Virus record (IMG/VR): IMGVR_UViG_3300027896_000022
Location: 17,954-81,953 of that record
Source: a virus
Taxonomy: Duplodnaviria; Heunggongvirae; Uroviricota; Caudoviricetes
Reading direction: 5' to 3' (one strand)
Length of the DNA stretch: 64,000 nucleotides
Position 1 is the stretch's first letter, and each line of letters begins with the position of its first letter. Below, piece after piece: positions 1 through 10,054 of the stretch. Made by a program: the position numbers and the translations under genes. The notes under the pieces are model-generated. The model worked only from the letters and a program-made list of their open reading frames with translations, did no database searches and was not told where the DNA came from.

Positions 1-12
1 TTAGCTAACGAA

Positions 13-3000
13 ATGCGGGATAACAATGCTTTAGGCATTAAAGTTGTAGTTGAAATTGATCCTCAAACTTTATCTTCTAAAGCAAGAGGAACTAAGGAAA
101 GTTTTTTTAAAGTCCATGTTACAGATGATTCTTGGGATCCGGCAAATATTAAAAGAACAACTGAATTAATGGTTAAAGGCACTAATTTGCCTAATAATGA
201 AATCAATGTGGCTGCCAATGCAATTCATGACGTTTTAAAAGATAAACCGGAGGTTATAGCTAACTACATAGCAGGCACGCCAAAAGAAAATATAGAAACT
301 GCAAATCCTCCTGGGGCTGTTCTTGAAGAACCTATTGCAACCACTCCTGAAGAGTCAGCAGCATCTTTTGAGGCCTTTATGCATGACAATATTCCATTTA
401 AAAATTCAACTGAGACAGCATTATTGAATAAAGAAATGGAACCGGTTCATATGGCGGCAACAATCAAGGAAACAACTCCAATAATTCGTGAGGCGATTAC
501 AACTAAAAGAGCTATGCCGGCAGAAGAACCTAGAATCAGTGAAGAAACTATTTCATCAGCAATTCCAGTAAAAACAAAAACACCTGTTACTAATTGGAAA
601 AATTTTTCAGTTCAACCCGGAGGAGGAGAAGAAATAAATGCAGGAGCAATGGCACATACAGACGATCCTGTTGTTTTACAATCTTTTACTAGAAAAAATC
701 TTTATGATATTGCCAAAGGAGCTTCTAAAAAAGGTGCTGAAGTAGGTGCGGGATGGAAAACATTCTTAAATAATATAAATAGCAAATTAAAGACTCCAAT
801 TACTGATAAAAATGAATTAAATGATTTAAGATGGTTATATAAAAGAGGTGCCAATTCTTCTTCGCGTCTTGAACTTACTAGTGAAAAAAATTTAATTCCT
901 GGAGCTCCAGAGAATAAAGGCAAAGGAGATGCGGATATTGAAAAATTTAACAAAGATAATAATCTTCCTGCTGATGCTGTCCAAATTATTGGAATTAATA
1001 AACAGCGAACATATGGACCTGACCCTAAATATACAGATAGTAGGAATAAATTTGATGAAGATGTAAAAACATTATCTAAGGTAGGTAAAGATAAATTTTT
1101 ACCAGTAGGGCAGCTTGCTAAAGGTTCTACGCAAGTTATATTTGCCAAATTTTCTCCTGAATATGTAAAAATATTTGATAAAAATCCTGAAAAATATACT
1201 CCAACTGGAGCAAAAATAGTTACTCCTGAAGATAAATTTCTTCAAGTCTTAAAAGTAGGAGCTTTAAATTTGCCCAAAGACATGAACACTGGTGATTTTA
1301 TTAAAAGGTCGTCCTTGATTTTTACCAGAGGGCAACAATATAACGGAATAGATAATAATTCTAAATTTACTTTAAATATTTTAAAATCTCCTACAGTAGG
1401 TGAGGAAGGAAATGTCAATTCAGATAATTTTGAAAATCCAAAAGACCCCAAAGTTCAAGATGCCATTAATGGCTTGACTGAAATGAGCCGAATAGACGGC
1501 AAAATTATTTTAGGAGAAGATTTGTTTGATAAAATTAGAAATGACACCAATTATGATCCTGCCAAATATAAGACCGGTTTAAAAATCACTCTTAATGGTC
1601 AGGGAAACCTAATTGGAAATGAAAATGATTTATATCAAATGATTCATAAAGGAAGTGCCATTAAAGCTGATCCAGCCATTAGAGCTTATATAAAATCTGT
1701 TTACGGCTTTGATCTTCCCAAAGGTGAAGCTGCCAGCTTTGATACAAACGCCAAAGTTGGCCCAAAAGAAGGAAAATTTGAAACTCCTCTTTCTAGTATT
1801 TTTACTCAAGCTGTTTCTCCCAGTGAGGAAGGCCGTGTTACTCCTGATTTTGAAAGAAAGTTGCAAAGTTCAGATGCAGGAGCTACAAATGATATTCTTA
1901 ATATTAATCAAAAACGTTTACAGGTTTTTAAGCAATTGAATGATGATATTGCCGCTACCACCAATAAAAAAGAATTAGAAGATGTCTTAAACAAATATTC
2001 GGATAAATACAATTTAGACAAAGCATCCTTGTTTTACGGCGATCTTGGCGAATCTTTTAATTTGGGAGCTGCCAAAATAAATCTTTCTCATAATCTGGAA
2101 AGAGTTTTAAAGAATATTTTCAATGAAAGTGTTATTAATGACGTTTTACCTGGAAGTGGAAGAGCAACCTTGTCTTTTTCCTTGCCTTTAAAATTGGATG
2201 GACCAAATAATCCAGCCAGAGTTGTAAACAATGAAGAAATTGTCTTAGGAAAGGAATTCATGAAAGCCCATAATATAAAGGAAGGAGATGATGTGATGGT
2301 CTTAAGAAATCCCTCAATAGACATGAATAATATTCTTGTTCTTAAGGCCAGAGATGGTTCAACTTTAGGACATACTAGTTTAGGAACAGAACATACAATA
2401 GTCAGCCCTTTTAATGAAAGAATCATTCTTGGTGGAGATCAAGATGGTGATGATGTTCTTATTACTAAAGTAGGGGAAGGTGGAATTCCAGAAAGTTATG
2501 TCAATGCTGTTAAGACAAGAGGATCTAAAGCAATTCCTTTTTCAGAAGTCACCCCTCGGCCATCTACACCTACAACCATAGCTAATATAACAGATGTTAT
2601 TCATAATTATTTGGTAGGAGATAATCAAACTAGCCATATTTCCATGGTTAATAGGATGATGAATTCTTTACAAGACAATGGATTGACTGTAAAAGTATAT
2701 CCTTCATCTGGAAAAAATAGCCGTTATGAATTAGTAGCCAATGGAAAAGTTGTTGAATCAGGCATAACTTCTGCCAGCAAAGCTGGTTTTGAGGCTACCC
2801 CGCAATTAGATTATAATGTCAGACAATTAAGAACCCAGGCTTTACAAGAAGCGGTAGACTCTAAAAAGTCTAATGATATTGTGGCTCGTTCTAATAATAA
2901 TGATCCTCTTTGGATGCTTAAGCAGGTCTTTAAAAGTAGTGATGGAAAAGAGTTAGATGATTATCAGGCTGTTGCATTACGCAAAGCTTTACAGAATTAT

Positions 3001-4110
3001 CAGGATGCTTATCAAAGCAAATCTTTTGTCGCCAATGCCAGAAATGTTGATGAAATTTTCTCAAAAACAGTCAAGGGCAAAACAGTCGGTCTTGATCCGG
3101 CAATAGCCTTGATAACTAAAATAAAAAAAGCAGGTGCTTCAATAACCCCTTTCCAGGAAAAACTTTTAGCTTTAGCTGATGAAAAAGGCAAAGGTTTTAA
3201 GACCGTTCAAGCTGATATTGTTAAAGCCGATAAAGCTGGAGCAACTGCAGTAAGAGAAAAATTCAAGCAAGAACCAAGTAAAGCCTTAAATACCATTAGA
3301 GGAATAGCTATAAAAGCTAGGCAAGATTATAATTCAACTAAAAATTATGCAAAAAAGAAAGAAGCTGCACAAAGAGTTTCGGATTATTTTGATGCTAATA
3401 GAAAAAAATTTAATAAAACTGATTTAACACAAATTGCACGATGGAATTCAATTTCTGATGAGGCAAATATCGCTCATGGACCTCAGTATAGAACCCCAGT
3501 ATATATCCGCAGATCCAATACTTTAACAAATGCTGACCCGGAAGTTGCCAAAACATATTATGAAGCCTCAGAAAAGGCTATTCCCCCTGCTGAAAAATAT
3601 AGCAATCTAGCTAAACAGACTGCAAAAACAACAACAAAACCGGTAGAAGAGCCTTTAACGACCATGTCTGGAATTCAATTAAAAAAAGAAACCACCCCTG
3701 CAGGTGATTATTGGTTAGAACAGAATGTGGCAAAGTCTGGCGGTAAATGGACGCCAGTAGTAAAAGCTGGCCATACGGTAGAGCATTTAATGCTAAAAGG
3801 CGGTGGCGGTTATGCTGGAAAGGTAAGAATCGATGGTGTTGAATATACTTATCCTGAAGCTGAAGCCAAATTTCTCAATCCTGTTGCCAAATATAATAAT
3901 TTAGCTAAAACCGTGAAGACGACTATGCCAAAATATACAATTGGTGCTACCTTTGATTATGAGGGAAAAAAATGGGAAATAAAGGATTTCCCAGGGCTTA
4001 AACTTGTCACTGTTGCTCAAGTTGATAATCCAAATATAACTCAAGATTTAAGTCGTTCCGCACTTTTATCTGGCGATATTGGAACTAATTTAAAGAATCC
4101 TACAGTTTAA
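13..4110 (+). CDS. Giant protein of at least 1365 aa. The frame is open to the window start, so the N-terminus may lie upstream. It carries a beta-prime-like catalytic-loop motif, so it is a candidate phage-encoded or virion two-barrel RNA polymerase.
   Basis: Long uninterrupted ORF. The segment VLRNPS...HTIV...GGDQDGDD at nt ~2290-2460 resembles bacterial beta-prime LLNRAPTLH...HPLV...NADFDGDQ, including a DxDGD loop. Confidence in the ORF is high; confidence in the product is low. Confidence 0.4.
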   Translation: MRDNNALGIKVVVEIDPQTLSSKARGTKESFFKVHVTDDSWDPANIKRTTELMVKGTNLPNNEINVAANAIHDVLKDKPEVIANYIAGTPKENIETANPPGAVLEEPIATTPEESAASFEAFMHDNIPFKNSTETALLNKEMEPVHMAATIKETTPIIREAITTKRAMPAEEPRISEETISSAIPVKTKTPVTNWKNFSVQPGGGEEINAGAMAHTDDPVVLQSFTRKNLYDIAKGASKKGAEVGAGWKTFLNNINSKLKTPITDKNELNDLRWLYKRGANSSSRLELTSEKNLIPGAPENKGKGDADIEKFNKDNNLPADAVQIIGINKQRTYGPDPKYTDSRNKFDEDVKTLSKVGKDKFLPVGQLAKGSTQVIFAKFSPEYVKIFDKNPEKYTPTGAKIVTPEDKFLQVLKVGALNLPKDMNTGDFIKRSSLIFTRGQQYNGIDNNSKFTLNILKSPTVGEEGNVNSDNFENPKDPKVQDAINGLTEMSRIDGKIILGEDLFDKIRNDTNYDPAKYKTGLKITLNGQGNLIGNENDLYQMIHKGSAIKADPAIRAYIKSVYGFDLPKGEAASFDTNAKVGPKEGKFETPLSSIFTQAVSPSEEGRVTPDFERKLQSSDAGATNDILNINQKRLQVFKQLNDDIAATTNKKELEDVLNKYSDKYNLDKASLFYGDLGESFNLGAAKINLSHNLERVLKNIFNESVINDVLPGSGRATLSFSLPLKLDGPNNPARVVNNEEIVLGKEFMKAHNIKEGDDVMVLRNPSIDMNNILVLKARDGSTLGHTSLGTEHTIVSPFNERIILGGDQDGDDVLITKVGEGGIPESYVNAVKTRGSKAIPFSEVTPRPSTPTTIANITDVIHNYLVGDNQTSHISMVNRMMNSLQDNGLTVKVYPSSGKNSRYELVANGKVVESGITSASKAGFEATPQLDYNVRQLRTQALQEAVDSKKSNDIVARSNNNDPLWMLKQVFKSSDGKELDDYQAVALRKALQNYQDAYQSKSFVANARNVDEIFSKTVKGKTVGLDPAIALITKIKKAGASITPFQEKLLALADEKGKGFKTVQADIVKADKAGATAVREKFKQEPSKALNTIRGIAIKARQDYNSTKNYAKKKEAAQRVSDYFDANRKKFNKTDLTQIARWNSISDEANIAHGPQYRTPVYIRRSNTLTNADPEVAKTYYEASEKAIPPAEKYSNLAKQTAKTTTKPVEEPLTTMSGIQLKKETTPAGDYWLEQNVAKSGGKWTPVVKAGHTVEHLMLKGGGGYAGKVRIDGVEYTYPEAEAKFLNPVAKYNNLAKTVKTTMPKYTIGATFDYEGKKWEIKDFPGLKLVTVAQVDNPNITQDLSRSALLSGDIGTNLKNPTV

Positions 4111-4391
4111 ATACTGCGTAATCCTAGTAAACCAATTTCATTTTCATCTATTCTTAATTTTTCACAAGATGGGCATCTTAATTCTGCCCATCTTTTTTTT
4201 TCTTCATCAGGATTAAAATCAAGCTTGGTATGTTGACCGCAATATTGGCAGGCAAAAACTGGAAAATCTTTTACTTCATTTATTACTTTCTTTTCAGCTT
4301 TATAACATTTTTGGCAGCAAAAAAGTTGCTTTTTTTTAGTAGGAATAAAAGATTTTTTGCAAAAACCGCATTTTAATTTCTTTTTTTTCAT
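4107..4391 (-). CDS. Small Cys-rich zinc-ribbon protein
   Basis: 94-aa ORF with four CxxC pairs, directly downstream of the block on the same strand. Confidence 0.5.
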   Translation of the reverse strand: MKKKKLKCGFCKKSFIPTKKKQLFCCQKCYKAEKKVINEVKDFPVFACQYCGQHTKLDFNPDEEKKRWAELRCPSCEKLRIDENEIGLLGLRSI

Positions 4392-4397
4392 AATTTG

Positions 4398-4772
4398 TTA
4401 CTGATTACCCATATGACTGAACTCATTAAGAATTCCTTTTTGAAGACACTTTAAAGCATTGATAAATTGTTCTATGTTGGCTAAGTGGCATTTGGCTTGT
4501 TCAGCTGTATAGGCTTCATCTGAAGCCTCTGCAATGCTCTTGGCCTTAGCACTGCTAAGTTGCTTGCCAGTTGCCTCATCTATTTGGGCTTCAGCATCTC
4601 TAACTATTAAGGCATAGGCTCTTTCAGCTAAAACACGCTTTAAATTATGTTCAGCATAATATTGAGCCATCCTAACGACAATTTCACCAACTTCCTCACC
4701 GGTTACCTGACCAGTGCTATAATCTTTAATAAATTTTGTATATTCTTCAATGTATGGTAATGTTTCTGACAT
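4398..4772 (-). CDS. Hypothetical protein
   Basis: 124-aa ORF, tightly packed with neighbours. Confidence 0.5.
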   Translation of the reverse strand: MSETLPYIEEYTKFIKDYSTGQVTGEEVGEIVVRMAQYYAEHNLKRVLAERAYALIVRDAEAQIDEATGKQLSSAKAKSIAEASDEAYTAEQAKCHLANIEQFINALKCLQKGILNEFSHMGNQ

Positions 4773-4782
4773 AGTTTTATTA

Positions 4783-5271
4783 TTAATTATTTAAATTCAT
4801 TGTTCCTCGATGCAATCTGGCCATTGTTTCCGGTGATCTTTCATAGTTTCCAACCCGAGGATCGCCTTTTTTAAACCAATATTTTTTTCCTTTTTTTAAA
4901 TTGGTTTTTATCTTTTCCCAAGTAGCTTGATTTAATTCATGTTTAATATCTCTATACCATTCTGGAATATATCCACGCTTGACATCTTTGCCAATATATT
5001 TCTTATATTCCCTGCCTGTCATTTTATGCCGCAAATAAGCATGAGAGCAAATTTGAACATACCAACCGCCACAAATAACACATTGGATTTTCCCAGGCTT
5101 ATATTCAGCTCTTTTTTTTCTGAACCATTCTAAATGTTGTTCGGCAAATTTTTGATTATAGAATTTAGTCCTGCATTTTTGACTGCAATAAGTTCTAAAC
5201 CTTTTTTTGACTATTGGAAGGCCGCAAGTTTTGCATTTATTCCTTAATTCTATTTTCCATTTTTTTTTCAT
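4783..5271 (-). CDS. Zinc-finger protein (C-x2-C...H-x3-H, Ros/MucR-like motif), basic
   Basis: Carries CVICGGWYVQICSHAYLRH and an N-terminal CxxC...CxxC. The same motif is found in ORF 15996-16832. Confidence 0.5.
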   Translation of the reverse strand: MKKKWKIELRNKCKTCGLPIVKKRFRTYCSQKCRTKFYNQKFAEQHLEWFRKKRAEYKPGKIQCVICGGWYVQICSHAYLRHKMTGREYKKYIGKDVKRGYIPEWYRDIKHELNQATWEKIKTNLKKGKKYWFKKGDPRVGNYERSPETMARLHRGTMNLNN

Positions 5272-5750
5272 ATTGAATAAATTAACTTTCCTTGACCATG
5301 CAGAATTTCATGCTGATATATTTGAGCGTCACGGCCAGACAATTTTTTGATTTCTCTGGCACCGATAGTGCCTTCTGGCGTCAAAATACTGCATTCAACT
5401 TCTATCTTATGAAATCTTTGAACTTTAATTGGCGGTCTGTCGGGAAATGACAAGCATCCTTCAATTTTTATTATTGGTACCTTAGTATGTCTAATGATTA
5501 TTGGATTAATAATTATTCCTTTTTCTTGAGTAACAAAAAAATTTAAAGGATTCTTATTGTCAATCTGGCTATGATGGACGGCAAAAGAACCTGGAATTGG
5601 CCCTACCTGCATATAACAGAGGTTATAAAGGATATGTGATTCATTTATCAGGCGTGGAAGATCTTTTTCTGTAACTTCTTTGCTCTTTTTTTTATGAGGC
5701 GGCACAAGATAACTTTTAAAGTCTGTTAAATCTTGTTTTGCTTCTTCCAT
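5268..5750 (-). CDS. def: Peptide deformylase
   Basis: Contains the PDF motif 2 EGCLSFPD and motif 3 QHEILHGQGKL (HExxH). Motif 1 is divergent. Confidence 0.75.
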   Translation of the reverse strand: MEEAKQDLTDFKSYLVPPHKKKSKEVTEKDLPRLINESHILYNLCYMQVGPIPGSFAVHHSQIDNKNPLNFFVTQEKGIIINPIIIRHTKVPIIKIEGCLSFPDRPPIKVQRFHKIEVECSILTPEGTIGAREIKKLSGRDAQIYQHEILHGQGKLIYSI

Positions 5751-5754
5751 ATTT

Positions 5755-7881
5755 TTAAATTATCTTGGAAGTATTTCCTTCCTTGATTATATTAATTTTT
5801 TCCTCAAAACTATCTTTGATGGTCTGAAGATGCGAAATGCAAAGGACTTGGGAAAATTTGTCTTGCAGGGAAAGCATGACTTCATTGAAGCCACTGATAG
5901 TATTTTCATCGAGGCCTAAAAATGTTTCATCAAATATTCTAAAACCAGACTTCTGCAGAGTGGCTAAGGCCTCAGCAATGGCAACTGTAATTTTCAATTT
6001 TTGTCCGCCTGAATAATTGTCTAATGGAAATATTTCACCTTGTTCGTTATAAATATTGATAAACAATCCTTCAGTATTGCCATCACCATCTGCTTTTTCT
6101 TTCTGTGTTTCCAGCCTGATCTTAAAATCAGACATTTTGGAAAGAATTTCATTAATCCGATATTCCAGGCGAGGAATAAGATAGTCGACGATGACAGTCT
6201 TAATGCCTTTTGACCCGAAAGCTTCTTTGACTATTTCCAGACATTCCTTATTAGCCATATTCTTGTCTTTTACCTTTATCAATTCATGCATTTTTACTTT
6301 TATTTCCTTAATTTCTTTTTCTGATTCTTTCGCCATATCTAATTGATGTTTTAAGCTTATATAATCGGTTTTTTCTTTGTCTAAAAGAACATCTAAAGTT
6401 GCCAAATTTTCATATGTTATTTCTGCCATATTTTCTCTAAGATTTTTATTTACGCCCTCTAAAGTTTCCACGTCACCATTCAGCATGGCGATGGATAATT
6501 CAAGATTTTGAATTTCTTCATTAAGATAAATTATTGTTTTTTTCTTTTCTTCATCGGCAAGTTCTTGCTCGGCATAAATAGCCAATACCTTTTCTTCTTC
6601 TTCTAATTTTTTAATTCTGTCTATATCTTCCTGCTTCAAAACCGGCATAGGAATATCCGATAAAGCTTTCATATAGGAAGCATTATCACTTTCCTGCTTG
6701 GTAATTCTTTCCGTAATGTCTTTTATCTGTTCTTCTATAAAGATTGACTTATTCTTCAATTCCTGTTCCAACTTAGGGCAATTCTTTCCTAAATCTTTAC
6801 AGAAGACGTCATTAGAGAGCGTTATGTCCATTAATTGGTCATTTAAACGCTTCAGAACAGCGCTGTAGTCGTTTTGGGGGCTTCTGCCGCCAATTATGGC
6901 CTGACGCTTTAAATTGTTCTCATAATCCTTCTTTTGATCTTCATGAAGTATTTCTAAGGCTAATCTGGCAACCTTTAAATTATTTTTAGCATCTTCAATT
7001 ATTACACCATTTGTATTAGAAATTTTTTCAAGTTTTTCTCTTTTTTCTTTGATGGTTTTCTCAGCTTCAATAATTCTGGTTTTCTTTGACAAAATATCAA
7101 CATTATTAGTTGATATTTGATTTTGATTTATCTTGATATAATCATCAGCCGCCTTGGCTTCGCCAATTCTTTTTTTTATTTTATTCAGACGATCTTCTGA
7201 AGCAGAAAGATTAAGCGTAATCTCTGGAATAAGCTTAATCATTTCGTCAATTTTTTTGATATTTGAATCAAATGAATTTATTTCTAAATCTGCCAAGCGG
7301 ATATTATCAATAGCTTCATTCAGTTTATTTTTAGCACGTTCATAAAGATCGTCATAATTTTCCATATTAGCTATTTCCAGCAATAATTCCTTTCTTCTGG
7401 TGGCAGTCTGTTTGACGAAATTTTCTATATTATCTTGTGGATAAGCCACAGAGTTGATGAATAAGGCATAGGATGACCGTAGAAGGTCTTTTTCGACCCA
7501 TTCTTGAGCATCCCTGAGACCTACATGCTTCATTGGCAGATAAACCTTGCCTTTCTTCTCGCCAATATCCAGAGAGTGTTTCCCGGCCATATTGGTATTT
7601 CTTTCTATCCTATAGGCCTTATCATCATCCAATATTTCCAAAATAACCGTGGCATATTTGGTTCCACGTTTAATCAGGTTTTTATTTTCCACTCTTCCTT
7701 TGCCATACAATGCCCAAATAATGGCTTCAACTATACTGGATTTGCCAGAACCGCTGTCGCCAGATATTAAAAGCTTTTGATTTTCCTTGAAAGAAATTTC
7801 AGTTTCCTTATGGCTGAGAAAGTTTATGATTTTAATCTTTTTTAAAGTCACCATAAATAATATAATCAAGTCTTTTTCCAA
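5755..7881 (-). CDS. sbcC: SbcC/Rad50-like SMC-family ATPase
   Basis: Walker A GDSGSGKSS at the N-terminus, a long coiled-coil middle, the ABC signature SGGQKLK, and Walker B FRIFDE at the C-terminus. Confidence 0.8.
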   Translation of the reverse strand: MEKDLIILFMVTLKKIKIINFLSHKETEISFKENQKLLISGDSGSGKSSIVEAIIWALYGKGRVENKNLIKRGTKYATVILEILDDDKAYRIERNTNMAGKHSLDIGEKKGKVYLPMKHVGLRDAQEWVEKDLLRSSYALFINSVAYPQDNIENFVKQTATRRKELLLEIANMENYDDLYERAKNKLNEAIDNIRLADLEINSFDSNIKKIDEMIKLIPEITLNLSASEDRLNKIKKRIGEAKAADDYIKINQNQISTNNVDILSKKTRIIEAEKTIKEKREKLEKISNTNGVIIEDAKNNLKVARLALEILHEDQKKDYENNLKRQAIIGGRSPQNDYSAVLKRLNDQLMDITLSNDVFCKDLGKNCPKLEQELKNKSIFIEEQIKDITERITKQESDNASYMKALSDIPMPVLKQEDIDRIKKLEEEEKVLAIYAEQELADEEKKKTIIYLNEEIQNLELSIAMLNGDVETLEGVNKNLRENMAEITYENLATLDVLLDKEKTDYISLKHQLDMAKESEKEIKEIKVKMHELIKVKDKNMANKECLEIVKEAFGSKGIKTVIVDYLIPRLEYRINEILSKMSDFKIRLETQKEKADGDGNTEGLFINIYNEQGEIFPLDNYSGGQKLKITVAIAEALATLQKSGFRIFDETFLGLDENTISGFNEVMLSLQDKFSQVLCISHLQTIKDSFEEKINIIKEGNTSKII

Positions 7882-8098
7882 CTTCTTTAAAACATTTGCT
7901 ACAAAGATGCAGGCGATAATTACTAATTATTGCCCGGTTAGATCCGCTATATCTTCTTTTTGGATCTTGCATTCTTATTCTGATTGAACCAATATCATAG
8001 GTTATCTTGTTGCAAATATCGCAAACCTTCCTTTCTTGCTGCTGGCCAATTCTGAATGAATCAATCTTCATTTTATTTTTTTTCATATTATTTTTCAT
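7832..8098 (-). CDS. Small zinc-ribbon protein
   Basis: 88-aa ORF with CDIC...CSKC. It overlaps the sbcC start. Confidence 0.35.
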   Translation of the reverse strand: MKNNMKKNKMKIDSFRIGQQQERKVCDICNKITYDIGSIRIRMQDPKRRYSGSNRAIISNYRLHLCSKCFKEVGKRLDYIIYGDFKKD

Positions 8099-8369
8099 TA
8101 ATGATATTCTTAATCACATCATCAGCATCTTTAGGCCCAAAAACGGTCGTTTCATCATTCAACCAAATAAGTGCTTGTTCTAAAGCAGGACCAATTATTG
8201 CTTTATTTTCTGTCAGATTCTTTTTTACATATTCCTTGGCAGAAGTAATATCATTTTCAGTCAAGATTCCCTTAATTTCAGGGGTTGGTGATTCAACCTC
8301 AATCAAAATCACACCCTGGCAATGAGGACAAATACTTTTCAGCAAAACTTTTATAATGTTTTCGTTCAT
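8088..8369 (-). CDS. Hypothetical protein
   Basis: 93-aa ORF with a CPHC motif. Confidence 0.4.
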   Translation of the reverse strand: MNENIIKVLLKSICPHCQGVILIEVESPTPEIKGILTENDITSAKEYVKKNLTENKAIIGPALEQALIWLNDETTVFGPKDADDVIKNIINEK

Positions 8370-8371
8370 AA

Positions 8372-9040
8372 TTATTTATTAAGAATCATCTTGTTAGTTT
8401 CATCAACTAAGGTTTTCTGTTTTTCCTCTACAGTTTTATCTTTCTTTATTGCTTTCTTAATTTTTTCAACGATTTGTTTAATCTTTCCCATAGATTTATT
8501 GTTAATTTTATTATTAGATTTATTATTTTCCTGAACTTTCCAGGTTGCCCATCGACAATTTTTTTTATTATAACCTTTATCATTATTAATTCTATCTATT
8601 GTAGTATTTTTTTCTCCATATTTTTGACAATGTTTAAAATAAGCATTCCCCATATCTCGCCAAAAATTTTCAAAATTTTCCCATCTTGGATCATATTTTA
8701 TACCTCTTTTGCCATAATTTTTATATTTTTTATTATTTGAATTAGTGCATCGACTTTTAAGATTACACCAAATATTATAAGGTCTTTTATACCGAAATCC
8801 ATGAGTTTTTCTTGGAATAATTAATCCTTTTGACATTGCTTTATATCTTTCTTTCAATTTACAACCACAGGAGGTTTTACGTCTTATTTTTCTGCATAGA
8901 TTTTCAGAAGGAACTAAAATAATTGAACCACAGATGCATTTACACTTCCAAACCACACTGGATTTTTTTCTAAATTTAGTCTTATGTAAGACAATTAATC
9001 TTCCAATTTTTTTTCCTTTTAAGTCAATTAATGCTCCCAT
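8372..9040 (-). CDS. HNH homing-type endonuclease (HNH_3/AP2-like)
   Basis: Contains YNIWCNLKSRC...NYGKRGIKYDPRW...IDRINNDKGYNKKNCRWAT, a pattern typical of phage HNH endonucleases. Confidence 0.55.
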   Translation of the reverse strand: MGALIDLKGKKIGRLIVLHKTKFRKKSSVVWKCKCICGSIILVPSENLCRKIRRKTSCGCKLKERYKAMSKGLIIPRKTHGFRYKRPYNIWCNLKSRCTNSNNKKYKNYGKRGIKYDPRWENFENFWRDMGNAYFKHCQKYGEKNTTIDRINNDKGYNKKNCRWATWKVQENNKSNNKINNKSMGKIKQIVEKIKKAIKKDKTVEEKQKTLVDETNKMILNK

Positions 9041-9602
9041 GTTGTTTTTTTATTACCGAAACAACCTCTTCTTGTGCTTTTATTAATTTTATTTCTGGAT
9101 TTATCAATGCTTCTCCAATTTTTGCAAGGACAAAAGCATCTGCAGAGTTATTGTTATTAAAAGATATTTTATATCTTTTATATAATTCTAATAAAATAAG
9201 GTCTTTTTGACAGTTTCCTTTTCCAGTAGCAAATTTTTTTAAACCTGTAGGAGTTACAAGGTAGACGGTATAATAATTAAATATTATATCTCTTAACATG
9301 TAATTTAAACCAGAAAGCTGAATTAAAGCTGTAGTATTTCTTGCATTCATAGCAACAGATTCCATAACTACTATTGTTGGATGATATTTTTCTAAAAAGA
9401 ATTTAATCTCATTGACAATATCTTTTATTCTTGTCAACTCTGCTGCTGGTGTATCACCTTCTTTTTTTGTCTTAATCAAATGAGAAAATTCTATTTTTCC
9501 ATTTCTAAGTCCGACCATTCCTGTTTCAGTTAATGAAGGATCAATCCCAATAGACAATCCAATATAATTATTTTTTATTATTTTTTTTGCTTTTTCTGAC
9601 AT
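9024..9602 (-). CDS. ruvC: RuvC-like Holliday junction resolvase
   Basis: N-terminal IGLSIGIDPSLTETGM matches the RuvC catalytic start (GIDPG..TG). Confidence 0.55.
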   Translation of the reverse strand: MSEKAKKIIKNNYIGLSIGIDPSLTETGMVGLRNGKIEFSHLIKTKKEGDTPAAELTRIKDIVNEIKFFLEKYHPTIVVMESVAMNARNTTALIQLSGLNYMLRDIIFNYYTVYLVTPTGLKKFATGKGNCQKDLILLELYKRYKISFNNNNSADAFVLAKIGEALINPEIKLIKAQEEVVSVIKKQHGSIN

Positions 9603-10050
9603 CTCTTTTTTCTTTTAATTTTTTTAATTCATTTTTATTGACTGGCCATAAATTTACATTCCCAATATAATCTACTGTTTTAACATTTTCCATTGCTACT
9701 TTTATATTTTTAGGAAAAAAATCTTCCTTTAAATATCCGGCATAAACCATTGAGTCAATCAGCACTATCATTGATTTCATAATCAGGTTTATATTTTCAA
9801 ATGGAGGATCCATATTTACTTCTTCTTTTGTTATTTTTCCTTCAAAAATCATTTTATCTAAGATAGACCCCATTAAGGCATTAGAATTTTTGAAAAGAAA
9901 GGCAAGAATGCCAATTTCTTTTTCAGACAAATAGTTAAAAATATAATTAATTTTTGAACTAAGTTGTTCTGGGCCACCATTAGATTCCAAATAATTTCTG
10001 AATTTTTCTCCAGAATTATCAAATTGTTCTTTTTTTTCAAAGATATCCAT
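9568..10050 (-). CDS. Hypothetical protein
   Basis: 160-aa ORF in an operon arrangement. Confidence 0.45.
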   Translation of the reverse strand: MDIFEKKEQFDNSGEKFRNYLESNGGPEQLSSKINYIFNYLSEKEIGILAFLFKNSNALMGSILDKMIFEGKITKEEVNMDPPFENINLIMKSMIVLIDSMVYAGYLKEDFFPKNIKVAMENVKTVDYIGNVNLWPVNKNELKKLKEKRDVRKSKKNNKK

Positions 10051-10054
10051 ATAT

